The position numbers and the translations under genes are program-made. Shown one piece after another: positions 1 through 9,226 of a DNA stretch of 64,000 nucleotides. This DNA comes from Parcubacteria group bacterium (GTDB taxonomy: Bacteria; Patescibacteriota; Microgenomatia; UBA1400; PJMF01). The first letter of the stretch is position 1; each line of letters starts with the position of its first letter. The notes beneath the pieces are model-generated. The model ran no database searches, was not told the DNA's origin, and worked only from the letters and a program-made list of their open reading frames with translations. The stretch covers positions 97,702 to 161,701 of the forward strand of contig CALQZX010000001.1 of NCBI GenBank assembly GCA_943350175.1, written 5' to 3'.

Positions 1-369
1 GAATTGATGAACTCTTTGGCGAGCGGAGTAACGATTTCTTCGTGACTTTGGCCAAGAGCATAATCTTTGTCTGTTCTGCTCTTAAGCTTAAAAAGCACGT
101 CAATTTTGTCCCAACCGCCAGTGGTTACCCAATTTTCTTTTGGCTGCAGAGCTGGCATCAAAATTTCTTGACCACCAATGGCGTTCATTTCTTCACGAAT
201 GATATTTTCGATACTGCGTAAGACCTTGAGACCTAAAGTGGTGTAAGTGTAAACACCGGCCATTAATTGACGAACATAGCCAGCTTGGACTAGTAATTTA
301 TGGTTGACGGTGTCGGCATTGGCCGGAGCGTTTTTACTTACTTGAAAAGCAATTTTGGATAATTTCATA
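1..369 (-). CDS. proS: Prolyl-tRNA synthetase, N-terminal part (gene continues beyond window start)
   Basis: Minus-strand translation from ATG at 369 gives MKLSKIAFQVSKNAPANADTVNHKLLVQAGYVRQLMAGVYTYTTLGLKVLRSIENIIREEM..., the typical bacterial ProRS N-terminus. No stop before position 1. Confidence 0.8.
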
Positions 370-404
370 GTTTATTTTCTTTTTTATTGTAACAAAGGGA
401 TTAT

Positions 405-1325
405 TTAAATCCAGTCGGCTAAGCCAGCAGCAAATAAAGGAGCTAATTGTACATATTTTATTTTATCTGAAGTCTCTTTTTGTAAGATTGAGTCGCTGAT
501 TAAGACGAGATCAGCTTCGCTTTGATTGATGGTGTCTATTCCATTTTTACAAAAAATGCCGTGAGTGGCGATAAAAATGACTTTAGCGGCGCCTTCCTTT
601 TTGAGCAAGGCTGCAGTTTTGACCACAGTATCTCCAGACATAATGGCATCATCAAAAACAATGGCGTTCTTGCCATTTATACTGCCGCCATGCAGACCAT
701 TGGCTGTCACTTCGCCAGTGTATAAATCACGACTTTTATCAATGTTTAATAAAGGTAAATTTAGCTGATTGGCAAAAACGCGAGCTCTCTTAAGTCCACC
801 AAAATCCGGGCTAACCACAGAAGCATTTTCCAGAAGGTTATTGTTTTTTAGATATTCAACGAAAAGATCTTTGGCTGACAAATGATAAGTAGAAACTGAG
901 AAAAATCCAGGAATGCTGTCATTGTGTAGATCTAGTAGAAAGACTCTACTGATTAATTTGCTGGACATGAGACTAGCAACGACTTTGGCAGCAATGGCTT
1001 CTCCATCACGAAAAACCTTGTCTTGGAAAGAATAGCCCATCCAAGGAATGATCAAAGAAACCTCTTTGGCACCCAATCTCTCTAGAGCATCGATAATGAG
1101 CAGGGTTTCAATGATATTTTCGTCAACTGGCTTGGAAAATGATTGAACTAAACAAACTTTTTGCCCGTGAACTTTATTTTCATCTTTAATCCAAATCTTT
1201 TTCTCATCATTGGCAAATTTTTCAATTTGGCAATCAATCAGAGAAATTTGAGGATTTTTTTCTTGAAGAGTTTTGACTAAGTCTTGAGCTAGCTTCAGGT
1301 TGGAGGAACCAGAGATGATGTTCAT
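405..1325 (-). CDS. prs: Ribose-phosphate pyrophosphokinase (PRPP synthetase)
   Basis: 306 aa. PRPP-synthetase-like N-terminal domain plus phosphoribosyltransferase motif (VFDDAIMSGDTV), full length. Confidence 0.9.
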   Translation of the reverse strand: MNIISGSSNLKLAQDLVKTLQEKNPQISLIDCQIEKFANDEKKIWIKDENKVHGQKVCLVQSFSKPVDENIIETLLIIDALERLGAKEVSLIIPWMGYSFQDKVFRDGEAIAAKVVASLMSSKLISRVFLLDLHNDSIPGFFSVSTYHLSAKDLFVEYLKNNNLLENASVVSPDFGGLKRARVFANQLNLPLLNIDKSRDLYTGEVTANGLHGGSINGKNAIVFDDAIMSGDTVVKTAALLKKEGAAKVIFIATHGIFCKNGIDTINQSEADLVLISDSILQKETSDKIKYVQLAPLFAAGLADWI

Positions 1326-1406
1326 GGACCTATTATATTTCGGACCCAGTCTATTTGCAATTTATTGCAAATAGCTGCAGGTACGAAAGATGCTGCGCAT
1401 AGCAAA

Positions 1407-1919
1407 TTAAATTGGCTTTTCAGCAATGCTCTTCTCTTTCTTTCTTGCTTTTGCTCTTCTGATGAGTAGCGCTGCACTGAGAGTGCCGCCGATGGCTCCG
1501 GCAAAACCTAAACTGACGTCTCCAGTGAATTGATTGTTTGGCGTGAATGATTCTATGGCAACATTAAGAACAGATATTAATGCAACTAATCTCATCAAGA
1601 ACTTAGGGCTAATTTCTTTTTTAAATTGAGTGATTAAATCGAAACTGTGTTTGGCAAAAACAGCGGCAGTAGCTAGACAAGAACTAAATCCGTAGTTGCC
1701 GATGTATTTGGCTAGATCACCAATTACTAATTCAAGTATTTTCCTTCTCTCTGGATCAGCCAGACCTTGGTGAGGATGGGAGTAAAGGTCTAGTAAAATG
1801 AGGCTTATATTCAAAAGAATCAGAGCTGCAACGGCTATATCGGCAGGAAGAGCTGTTCTTTTTTCTGGTGAATTAATTAGTTCTGACGCAACTGCGTTTT
1901 TTAAACGGATTTTTTCCAC
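1407..1919 (-). CDS. Hypothetical membrane protein
   Basis: 170 aa ORF with several hydrophobic segments. No recognisable motif. Confidence 0.45.
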   Translation of the reverse strand: MEKIRLKNAVASELINSPEKRTALPADIAVAALILLNISLILLDLYSHPHQGLADPERRKILELVIGDLAKYIGNYGFSSCLATAAVFAKHSFDLITQFKKEISPKFLMRLVALISVLNVAIESFTPNNQFTGDVSLGFAGAIGGTLSAALLIRRAKARKKEKSIAEKPI

Positions 1920-2016
1920 AACGTGATTATATATTAGTGATACTAATTAATGCATTATGATTATATGTGAGTCAGGTGGAGACGCTGAGCGTGCTACGCC
2001 GCCTCAGATTACTCCG

Positions 2017-2061
2017 CATAATGCGCCTCGCTATGCTCGTGTGCATTATTTAGCTCAATAA
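2017..2061. repeat. Conserved hairpin element (CATAATGC-N19-GCATTATT), copy A, 3' of tRNA-Lys(CTT)
   Basis: cataatgcgcctcgctatgctcgtgtgcattatttagctcaataa is ~85% identical to 24225..24267. It contains an 8-bp inverted repeat CATAATGC/GCATTAT(t). Confidence 0.6.
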
Positions 2062-2100
2062 CGCGAACCATGAGTTTTCATCCTTACCTGCTTCATTTAT

Positions 2101-2130
2101 AAAAAAAGACTCAAGAATGAGTCTATTTTT
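2101..2130. terminator. Bidirectional rho-independent terminator 3' of tRNA-Lys(CTT)
   Basis: aaaaaaAGACTCaagaatGAGTCTattttt: a 6-bp stem with an A-run upstream and a T-run downstream. Confidence 0.55.
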
Positions 2131-2136
2131 ATAAAG

Positions 2137-2210
2137 TGAGTCAGGTGGGACTCGAACCCACGACACCCTGCTTAAGAGGCAGGTGCTCTAACCGACTGAG
2201 CTACTGACCC
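2137..2210 (-). tRNA. tRNA-Lys (anticodon CTT)
   Basis: The reverse complement folds as a cloverleaf: acceptor GGGTCAG/CTGACTC, anticodon stem CCTGC/GCAGG, loop CTCTTAA, T-arm GTGGG-TTCGAGT-CCCAC. Confidence 0.85.
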
Positions 2211-2246
2211 GATTTAACTTAAGGACATATTATAGCATTGTATAAA

Positions 2247-3770
2247 TTATTTTATTAAGCTTTGTCCTGTCATTTCTTCTGGTTGCTGGATAGCAAGGGC
2301 TTTAAGAATTGTCGGAGCGATGTCTGCAAGTTTCTCATCACCTTCATGGTCCTCAAGTTCCCAAGATTGGCCCTTTGGCTGTACCATGATGAAGGCAACT
2401 GGATTAGTGCTATGCTCAGTTAAGGTTTGCCCATTTTCATCAATCATTTCGTCACAATTGCCGTGATCGGCGGTAATGAAGAGCAAATATCCGTTTTCTT
2501 GGGCGGCTTGTGTTATTTCGCGCAGAGCCTGATCAACAGCTTTGACAGCTTTCTTGGCAGCTTCAACATCACCAGTATGACCAATCATATCTCCATTACA
2601 AATGTTTGCAATGATAACCTGTTGTTTGCTGCCAATCATTGCCTTGATTATTGCTGCTTTTATTTCAGCAGCTTTCATTTCCGGCATTTCAGCGTGAGAT
2701 CTGAGTTTATTGGATGGTATTAAAACTCTTTCTTCTCCATTGTGAGGTTTTTCTCTTCTATTGTTCATGAAAAAAGTTACGTGAGCAAACTTTTCTGTTT
2801 CAGTTGTCTTCAAAATTGTTATTTCATTCTTTTCTAAAACAATTCCAAGGGTATTATCTATAGTTTGATGTTCAAAAGCAAAATCCAGCTCAAATTCATC
2901 ACTATAGTTGGTTGCTGTCACGAAGGAAATATCTTCCAATCCTTCTTCTATAAAAGCTCTAGTTAATTGTTTGGTGCGATCATTGCGGAAATTAGTAAAA
3001 ATAACACCATCGCCAGCTTTGATTTTTGCTGATTCTTCATCAACAACACTAATTGCGCATGGGATTATGTGCTCATCTCCGTCACCGGTCTCATATGAGG
3101 CTGCAATAGCTTCTTGATAAGATCCAAATTGCCTAGCTTCTCTATTCCTGATAGCATCATAAGCAGGTTTAATTCTATCTGCATTATTGTCTCTATCCAT
3201 GGCGTAAAAACGACCTGAAATAGTGGCAAGTTCTGCGCCTGTTTCTGCACAAATAGCAGCTAATCTTTCAAAACTTTTAGTGCAGCTTCTTGGTAGAACA
3301 TCTCTCCCGTCAGTGATGGCGTGAATATAAATTTTTTCTATTCCAGTTTGTTTGGCTTCTCTGATTAGTCCAAAAATATGTTCTTCATGAGCGTGTACTC
3401 CTCCGGGACTGAGTAGACCCATGATATGAAGAGCCCCATTCTTGGATTTTACATGTTCAAAATTGTTTGCAATGGCTGGATTTTCATGAAATGTTCCTTG
3501 CTGAGCGCACTCGTCCATTTTTAGACACTCTTGTTCTATAATTCTGCCTGCGCCAATTGCTTCGTGGCCGACTTCACTGTTGCCCATTTGACCAGGTGGC
3601 AAGCCAACGGCTTCGCCAGAAGCTTGTAGTAATATATTTGGATAGTCTCTGAGTAATTCTTCCCAATATTCAGGATGAGCTTCGGTAATTGCATTACCAG
3701 CATAAGACTTGTTGATTCCCCAACCGTCTAAGATAAGCAGACAAACTTTTGCTTTGGTTTCTTGATTCAT
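2247..3770 (-). CDS. gpmI: 2,3-bisphosphoglycerate-independent phosphoglycerate mutase (copy 1)
   Basis: 507 aa. LLILDGWG, GQMGNSEVGH and TADHGNCDEM motifs of iPGM. Confidence 0.9.
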   Translation of the reverse strand: MNQETKAKVCLLILDGWGINKSYAGNAITEAHPEYWEELLRDYPNILLQASGEAVGLPPGQMGNSEVGHEAIGAGRIIEQECLKMDECAQQGTFHENPAIANNFEHVKSKNGALHIMGLLSPGGVHAHEEHIFGLIREAKQTGIEKIYIHAITDGRDVLPRSCTKSFERLAAICAETGAELATISGRFYAMDRDNNADRIKPAYDAIRNREARQFGSYQEAIAASYETGDGDEHIIPCAISVVDEESAKIKAGDGVIFTNFRNDRTKQLTRAFIEEGLEDISFVTATNYSDEFELDFAFEHQTIDNTLGIVLEKNEITILKTTETEKFAHVTFFMNNRREKPHNGEERVLIPSNKLRSHAEMPEMKAAEIKAAIIKAMIGSKQQVIIANICNGDMIGHTGDVEAAKKAVKAVDQALREITQAAQENGYLLFITADHGNCDEMIDENGQTLTEHSTNPVAFIMVQPKGQSWELEDHEGDEKLADIAPTILKALAIQQPEEMTGQSLIK

Positions 3771-3811
3771 AATTTGTAATTCAAATCAACAAAATTCAAG
3801 GATCGATTGTA

Positions 3812-5200
3812 TCACAATAGATCAATAAGGACAGTCATATCCTTCATCTTTTCAATGTTTTTAACCATTCTAATTATTGAGGATAATTCTTCAGTTTTAT
3901 ATTTTTTAATTGAATATTTTGCACAGTCAAAAAATTTATTTTCTAAATCTTCATTGCTGAGAGGATTCAGACAATTACCCTTTGGTTGATTGATTTGTTT
4001 TTCTATTGTTTCTCCACCTTTCAAATAGGCGACCATTTTGATAGGGGTTAAACTAGGCTCATTTTTAAAGTGTTCTATTACAGTTATTTTTTTGGCTAAT
4101 TTTTCAATATCTTTTCTCATAAAAATATTTATATTTTCAAAATCAACTATGCTTATCTTTCCTTCGATTAAGATTAAGGCAGTTGTGTATTGAGCACTGA
4201 ATTGAGCATCAACTTGTGGGTTTTCTCTGATTTTAAATTTTTGGCCAATTTGTCCAAATGATTTTGGCGGCAAATAAATTTCAAGTTTTGAAAGTTTATT
4301 TAATTTAAATTGTGGGTTTATTTTTAATGAAAGAGCAGCATCAATAACAGGGTGAGTACATCTGCAAGATGGATATGGCTTTATGCTAATTTTTTCAGTT
4401 TCATAGCTCTTGCCAAGTTCATTAATATTTTCTAAATCCATTTTGCCATTGGTAAATAGATTGGCGATGGAATAATCTCCCTCGAACACTCTCTGAGCTC
4501 CAACAATGTTTTTTTCTGCCATAAACAAGGCATTAAATGAAGCTTGCGTGGCAAAAGCTGGCTGAATCCTTTTTGCTAATACACCGTCAATTAAAACCTG
4601 GCGATTACCATTAATTTGCGAATAGGCGAGTCCAAGACCATTTAGAATTTTTTCATCAGAAAAATTCATGATTTTTGCACCTGCGGCAATACAACCAAAT
4701 GGTCCCCAGAGTGTGGTTGGTAACCAGCCAGTATGCAGATATTTAATAAATGACAATCCAATTTTATTTGAAACTTCCAAGCCAATAATCAAAGACAATA
4801 AAAAATCTTTACCACTTATTTTTTTGTTATTTATTTTCAAATATTGTGTCAGTGCAAATAAAAATGGAAGCAGAGTAACGCAGCCATGATGGATTGAACC
4901 ATCATGAGTATCATCAAAGTCTCTAGCATGGCACATAACTGAATTTATAAATGCAGAATTAACAACAGAGTTTTTTTGGTCAAAGCCAATGATGTTGGCT
5001 TGCTGATTTCCACCTAAATTATCAAAAATTTCTTTGACTTCTTTAACTCCAGCAGCACTGCTGCCTGCCATAATGCAAGCCAATGTATCGATTATTAAGT
5101 TTTTTGCTTGTTTAATTGTTTCAATTGGCAAGTCTTCAAAACTGATATTTTTTGTGAAATTAACAATTTTTTGTGAGGTTTTATCTTTATTTATTTGCAT
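3812..5200 (-). CDS. MmgE/PrpD family protein (2-methylcitrate dehydratase-like)
   Basis: 462 aa with overall MmgE/PrpD-like N- and C-terminal domain organisation (ARDFDDTHDGSIHHG region). Confidence 0.65.
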   Translation of the reverse strand: MQINKDKTSQKIVNFTKNISFEDLPIETIKQAKNLIIDTLACIMAGSSAAGVKEVKEIFDNLGGNQQANIIGFDQKNSVVNSAFINSVMCHARDFDDTHDGSIHHGCVTLLPFLFALTQYLKINNKKISGKDFLLSLIIGLEVSNKIGLSFIKYLHTGWLPTTLWGPFGCIAAGAKIMNFSDEKILNGLGLAYSQINGNRQVLIDGVLAKRIQPAFATQASFNALFMAEKNIVGAQRVFEGDYSIANLFTNGKMDLENINELGKSYETEKISIKPYPSCRCTHPVIDAALSLKINPQFKLNKLSKLEIYLPPKSFGQIGQKFKIRENPQVDAQFSAQYTTALILIEGKISIVDFENINIFMRKDIEKLAKKITVIEHFKNEPSLTPIKMVAYLKGGETIEKQINQPKGNCLNPLSNEDLENKFFDCAKYSIKKYKTEELSSIIRMVKNIEKMKDMTVLIDLL

Positions 5201-5202
5201 AT

Positions 5203-6027
5203 TTAAACCTTATAAGATTCAACAATTTCCCATTTACTTTTTCCATCAAAATTTAATTTAAACATAGTATTTCTTATGCTAATCTTTCGCCATTTTTGCT
5301 TTTCTTCTTGGCTAAAATTGCCAAGAAGTGTGGCAGCAATTACTCTGATGGTATTGGAGTGGCCGATGTGCAAAATGTTTTTTCCATTTCTAAGCTCTTC
5401 TTTAATGAGTTCTAATTCTGGAGTGGCTCGATCCCTAACCATTCCGTAGTTTTCAGCATATTGGTGTCGATTTTCTCCAGATGGCGGCAAATAGTCTGAA
5501 TTATCGCGTAAATTCCTATATATTTCATTGCTTTCTTCTCTTATATCTTCCCTTGGTCGTCCGGCATAAATTCCATATCCTTTTTCGACTAAAGCTGTTG
5601 TAGCGATAATCGGAGCTACAATAGTATTATTTAATCTAAAGATTTTTCTTTCAAGAATAGGCTTATCTTTATCAGAAATAACTTCTGGCAAAGCATTATG
5701 GAAAATTTGAGTCGATAAAGACAAAACTTCTTCAAAGAATCTTCTTAATTCTTCATCATCAACTTCTTGATAGTAAGTTAAGCAAAGATTGAATAAAGTT
5801 TGCAGCGATCTTTTTTGTGTTGAGCATTCAAATAAATTAAAACCAATTCTATTTTGACGAAGTAATTTTCCCATTGCTTGTGCATCTTTTTCACCTTCAG
5901 TAGTTAAGCCAGGGTTTTCCCATCCAGAAAAAACATTTCCAAGATTGTTTTCTGATTGTGTGTGTGGAAATAGATAAAGCTTGCCTATTTTCTCAGTCAT
6001 TACAAATTTCTCCAATTTGTTCCTCAT
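5203..6027 (-). CDS. Histidine phosphatase superfamily protein (phosphoglycerate mutase-like), divergent
   Basis: 274 aa. N-terminal FPHTQSENN...GW..PGLTTEGE resembles the RHGxxxxN phosphatase motif but with the Arg replaced (P-H-T). A second His motif is present (HIGHSNTIRV). Confidence 0.55.
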   Translation of the reverse strand: MRNKLEKFVMTEKIGKLYLFPHTQSENNLGNVFSGWENPGLTTEGEKDAQAMGKLLRQNRIGFNLFECSTQKRSLQTLFNLCLTYYQEVDDEELRRFFEEVLSLSTQIFHNALPEVISDKDKPILERKIFRLNNTIVAPIIATTALVEKGYGIYAGRPREDIREESNEIYRNLRDNSDYLPPSGENRHQYAENYGMVRDRATPELELIKEELRNGKNILHIGHSNTIRVIAATLLGNFSQEEKQKWRKISIRNTMFKLNFDGKSKWEIVESYKV

Positions 6028-7984
6028 TTACTAATGACGCAAAGAATTCTTTGATTAATGCAAAAATAGGATATTCATCTTTTTCTTCTTCGTAGACTGG
6101 TACTTTGAAACCAATAGCTCTTTGCGTGGCGTTAATTGGATTGGCTTGTCCATTGCCGCTCGGATCTTGGAATCTTCTCGCATACCACTCTGGTTCTAGG
6201 ATCGGTTCTATAATGCTATTTGAAGAATGATCTTCTGTCCAATCTAGCATTGATTGTGTGTACTCTATATCAAAAAACTTACAAACATTTTTTAACATTG
6301 ACTCACTATTATTTATTAATTGTTCTTGAAAAATTGTTTGATAGGAAATGCCTTCTACTTGCAGAGAACCAATCAGATCTTTAATGTAGCTCCAAGAAGC
6401 AAAGAAGATTTTCTCTGAGGCTGGACTCATTTCAAAAGTTTTCCCCCATGATTTGTAAGTAATTTTTGGATCTCTTAGAACTACAAGTACTTTTATTTTA
6501 TCTCTTGGACAACCGGCTTCTAATAAATCTTGGATTGGATTGAAAATTTCGCTTGGAGTGTATGGTCCAAGAGTTTCTTTTAAGATTATCTTTCTTGACT
6601 CATTTGCGCTCGGAACCTGCCAATTTGCATTTATACCAACATCATCATTTCTTCTTAAATGCTTTAGAACCTGATAGAAAGAAGGGTCTCCACCTGGAAG
6701 AAGAGCTCTTTGGAGAGCAGTTGTCCCAGTTCTGCATGGCCCAACAATCAAATTAATTTCAGGCCATTCTCCATTCTCTGGCGGAGTAATATGTTCTTTA
6801 GGATCATATGATTGTATTCCATCAATTTCTTTATACCTTCTCTTTTCGGCTCTACCTGAAATTTCTAAATAGTTGGCAAAAGCTATTTTTCTGTTTTCTT
6901 GAAAATCAGCTAATAAGTTAGGATCATTCTCAGCAATAAATTTTTCTATTTGGTTGGTAATTTCTTCTAAGTAAAAACATTTTAGAGAATTTGGAATATT
7001 CAATGTAAAAACAATACTCCCAAGCTCCAGTGCCAATTTAGAATAAATACCGCTTTTTTTAATTAGTCTTTCGTAAAAGTATTTCCAAGCAATGTCTCCA
7101 TCTGCCTGATCCAAAAATCTTCTTATAAATGGAGTGGATGGTTCCTGATCACGATTTCCTGGCGCAAAGATGTCAATAAACCAAAGAGATGCTTTTCCAA
7201 GTTCGTCGAAATGTATGACAAAATTATTTGGTTTTAGATCTAAAGCAAATGGTAATTCACCTTCTTTTGGAATAGCTTTAAAAACTTTATCTTTTGCAGA
7301 AACTTTGTAATCAATAATTTGTTTTAAGTATTGAAGCATGCTTTCTACAAGCATGCTGACTATTTCTAAAACTTCCGAATCGCAGGCTAATTTGAAAATA
7401 TCCTCAAAGTTAAATCCTTCTATAAACTCTTGATCGTAGCTAATCAAATGTTGTTTTGATTCTTTTTCTGTTACTTTTGTTTTTTTTAGTTTAAGTAATC
7501 TTGGCACATTTACTCCAATGGCCTCTAGCTGTCTTTGATAAATTGAAAGATCTGCTAGTGTTGCCTTTGCCATGCTTGAGTCCATTTCATAAGAATGACC
7601 TTGTGGGACTGGTATTTGCCCATCTGCTCTTCTTCCCCCTGCTTCAGGAGCATTTCCATAAGTTTTTCTAATTGCTGAGAGCTGTCCTGCTTCAGTGAAA
7701 AGTCCCTCCATGACGCTTGATTTTGATGGATGAGGAACTGGTGGTAATATTCCAGGAAACAACTTTTTGTCTTTTTTGGTTGGGAGATTAGCTCTTGAGC
7801 CAGAGACGGATATCTCTTCAGCTTCAATTAATAGATTAAGTGCTTCTCTAACAGGTTCGTTTGTTTTTTGTTCAAAGCTCGCAGCAGAGGATGGACACGT
7901 TTGTTCTTCTATTGTCTTCTTTGTCTTCTTTTCTTTTTCCAACATACTCGCTGTCGACATCTGCAAAACAGCAAACGCCAACAA
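5993..7984 (-). CDS. Large protein with C-terminal sulfotransferase domain
   Basis: 663 aa. The C-terminal third carries PAPS-binding-like motifs GPCRTGTTAL (5'-PSB) and VLVVLRDPKITYKSW (3'-PB). The N-terminal ~400 aa is unknown. The start may be the internal Met (MSTASM). Confidence 0.5.
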   Translation of the reverse strand: MLAFAVLQMSTASMLEKEKKTKKTIEEQTCPSSAASFEQKTNEPVREALNLLIEAEEISVSGSRANLPTKKDKKLFPGILPPVPHPSKSSVMEGLFTEAGQLSAIRKTYGNAPEAGGRRADGQIPVPQGHSYEMDSSMAKATLADLSIYQRQLEAIGVNVPRLLKLKKTKVTEKESKQHLISYDQEFIEGFNFEDIFKLACDSEVLEIVSMLVESMLQYLKQIIDYKVSAKDKVFKAIPKEGELPFALDLKPNNFVIHFDELGKASLWFIDIFAPGNRDQEPSTPFIRRFLDQADGDIAWKYFYERLIKKSGIYSKLALELGSIVFTLNIPNSLKCFYLEEITNQIEKFIAENDPNLLADFQENRKIAFANYLEISGRAEKRRYKEIDGIQSYDPKEHITPPENGEWPEINLIVGPCRTGTTALQRALLPGGDPSFYQVLKHLRRNDDVGINANWQVPSANESRKIILKETLGPYTPSEIFNPIQDLLEAGCPRDKIKVLVVLRDPKITYKSWGKTFEMSPASEKIFFASWSYIKDLIGSLQVEGISYQTIFQEQLINNSESMLKNVCKFFDIEYTQSMLDWTEDHSSNSIIEPILEPEWYARRFQDPSGNGQANPINATQRAIGFKVPVYEEEKDEYPIFALIKEFFASLVNEEQIGEICND

Positions 7985-8074
7985 GAAAACGCTAATTATA
8001 ACCCTGAAGTCAAGTTAATTGTTGGTGAAGAATAATGTGAAGATATTTTAAATATCAAATTTCTTTATGTGATG

Positions 8075-8149
8075 TGCACCTGAGAGGGCTCGAACCTCCA
8101 CAAACCCAGTTCCGAAGACTGGTGCCCTATCCATTAGGCCACAGGTGCG
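8075..8149 (-). tRNA. tRNA-Arg (anticodon TCG)
   Basis: Revcomp GCACCTGTGGCCTAATGGATAGGGCA-CCAGT-CTTCGGA-ACTGG...GGTTCGAGCCC...CAGGTGC-A. Confidence 0.8.
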
Positions 8150-8280
8150 TATATTGCATTTTACCACTTCAAATAGCTTATTTAATCAGAACTACAAAAG
8201 AGCTGCAAATTAAAACTACAACTTAAAAAATGTGCTAAAATCCTCTCTGTCGTTTGTTCCTTAAAATTCTCAAAAAATTA

Positions 8281-8362
8281 GCCGAGATGGCGGAATTGGT
8301 AGACGCGCACGTCTCAGAAGCGTGTGGAGCAATCCTTGGAGGTTCGAGTCCTCTTCTCGGCA
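8281..8362 (+). tRNA. tRNA-Leu (anticodon CAG), type II with long variable arm
   Basis: GCCGAGATGGCGGAATTGGTAGACGCG...CACGT-CTCAGAA-GCGTG...GGTTCGAGTCC...TCTCGGC-A. Confidence 0.85.
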
Positions 8363-8398
8363 CGAGGTTTTTCGCGTATAATGGCAATTTGAAAACAC

Positions 8399-8479
8399 GC
8401 CCGGGTGGCGAAATGGTAGACGCGCAGTCTTGAGGTGGCTGTGGAGCAATCTGTGGAGGTTCAACTCCTCTCCCGGGCA
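8399..8479 (+). tRNA. tRNA-Leu (anticodon GAG)
   Basis: GCCCGGGTGGCGAAATGGTAGACGCG, anticodon arm CAGTC-TTGAGGT-GGCTG, T-arm GGTTCAACTCC, acceptor CCCGGGC-A. Confidence 0.85.
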
Positions 8480-8505
8480 CGTTCTTTGAAAAAGGTTGCA
8501 ATAAA

Positions 8506-8579
8506 GGGCAATTAGCTCAGTTGGTTAGAGCGCATCGTTTACATCGATGAGGCCACAGGTTCGAGCCCTGTATTGCCCA
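8506..8579 (+). tRNA. tRNA-Val (anticodon TAC)
   Basis: GGGCAATTAGCTCAGTTGGTTAGAGCG, anticodon arm CATCG-TTTACAT-CGATG, T-arm GGTTCGAGCCC, acceptor ATTGCCC-A. Confidence 0.85.
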
Positions 8580-8673
8580 CGACGGTGAGAGCGAAGCTCC
8601 CACCTAGTCCCCTTGGGGACCTGGTGGTAGTAATTTCAGAGAAATTAGTTAAAATATAAAAGCGTTAAAAAAC

Positions 8674-8746
8674 GCCAAGCTAGCCAAGTTGGTCACGGCA
8701 CATGTCTGAAAAACATGGGATCTAGGTTCGATTCCTAGGCTTGGCA
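8674..8746 (+). tRNA. tRNA-Phe (anticodon GAA)
   Basis: GCCAAGCTAGCCAAGTTGGTCACGGCA, anticodon arm CATGT-CTGAAAA-ACATG, T-arm GGTTCGATTCC, acceptor GCTTGGC-A. Confidence 0.85.
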
Positions 8747-8964
8747 CGTTCATTAAAAGATTATTTACCTAAGAAGGAAAAAAGCAGATCTTTCAGAAAG
8801 CCTAGGATGGCTTTGAAGATGTCGGCACCAATCATAACTGCTTTGGTGGCGGCTTTTTCAGCAGCTTTGGCGTAGATTTTGTTTTTTTGATCTTGGAATT
8901 CAGAGTAATTAGGCATGCTGTAATTATAAGTCCTCTCTGGTAAAATAATAGTGTAAATTAACAA

Positions 8965-9037
8965 GCGAGAGTAGTTCAGTGGCTAGAATGTTTCCTTGCC
9001 AAGGAAAAGGTCGCGAGTTCGAATCTCGTCTCTCGCT
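8965..9037 (+). tRNA. tRNA-Gly (anticodon GCC)
   Basis: GCGAGAGTAGTTCAGTGGCTAGAAT, anticodon arm TTTCC-TTGCCAA-GGAAA, T-arm GAGTTCGAATCTC, acceptor CTCTCGC with discriminator U. Confidence 0.85.
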
Positions 9038-9226
9038 CAGAAAATATTTTTCATATGTGCAAACTAATCGAGTCTGGCGGTGGCTTAGCTGCTGGCGAAA
9101 ATGTAGAAGCGGCTGCTTTAGCTGGAACTTCTTTTTACTTAAAGAAGAAATATAAACGCCGTCTTCCCCCAAGCGAATAAAATTCTCAGTTTTTTCTAAG
9201 CTAGCAATGTTGTAATATGTATTCAT

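Noticed and set aside
8235-8501. ORF-track ORFs 8235..8501(-) and 8270..8464(-)
   Set aside because: They lie entirely over the two tRNA-Leu genes and are translation artefacts of tRNA sequence. The same applies to 8924..9226(-) over tRNA-Gly, 14621..14821(-) and 14628..14828(+) over tRNA-Cys, 24204..24413(+) over tRNA-Glu, 43746..44045(-) over tRNA-Gly(TCC), and 50961..51161(-) over tRNA-Lys(TTT).
8761-8964. 67-aa minus-strand ORF between tRNA-Phe and tRNA-Gly
   Set aside because: It sits inside a same-strand (+) tRNA array, on the opposite strand, with no RBS. The amphipathic C-terminus (KAVMIGADIFKAILGFLKDLLFSFLGK) is intriguing, but there is insufficient evidence to call it a gene.
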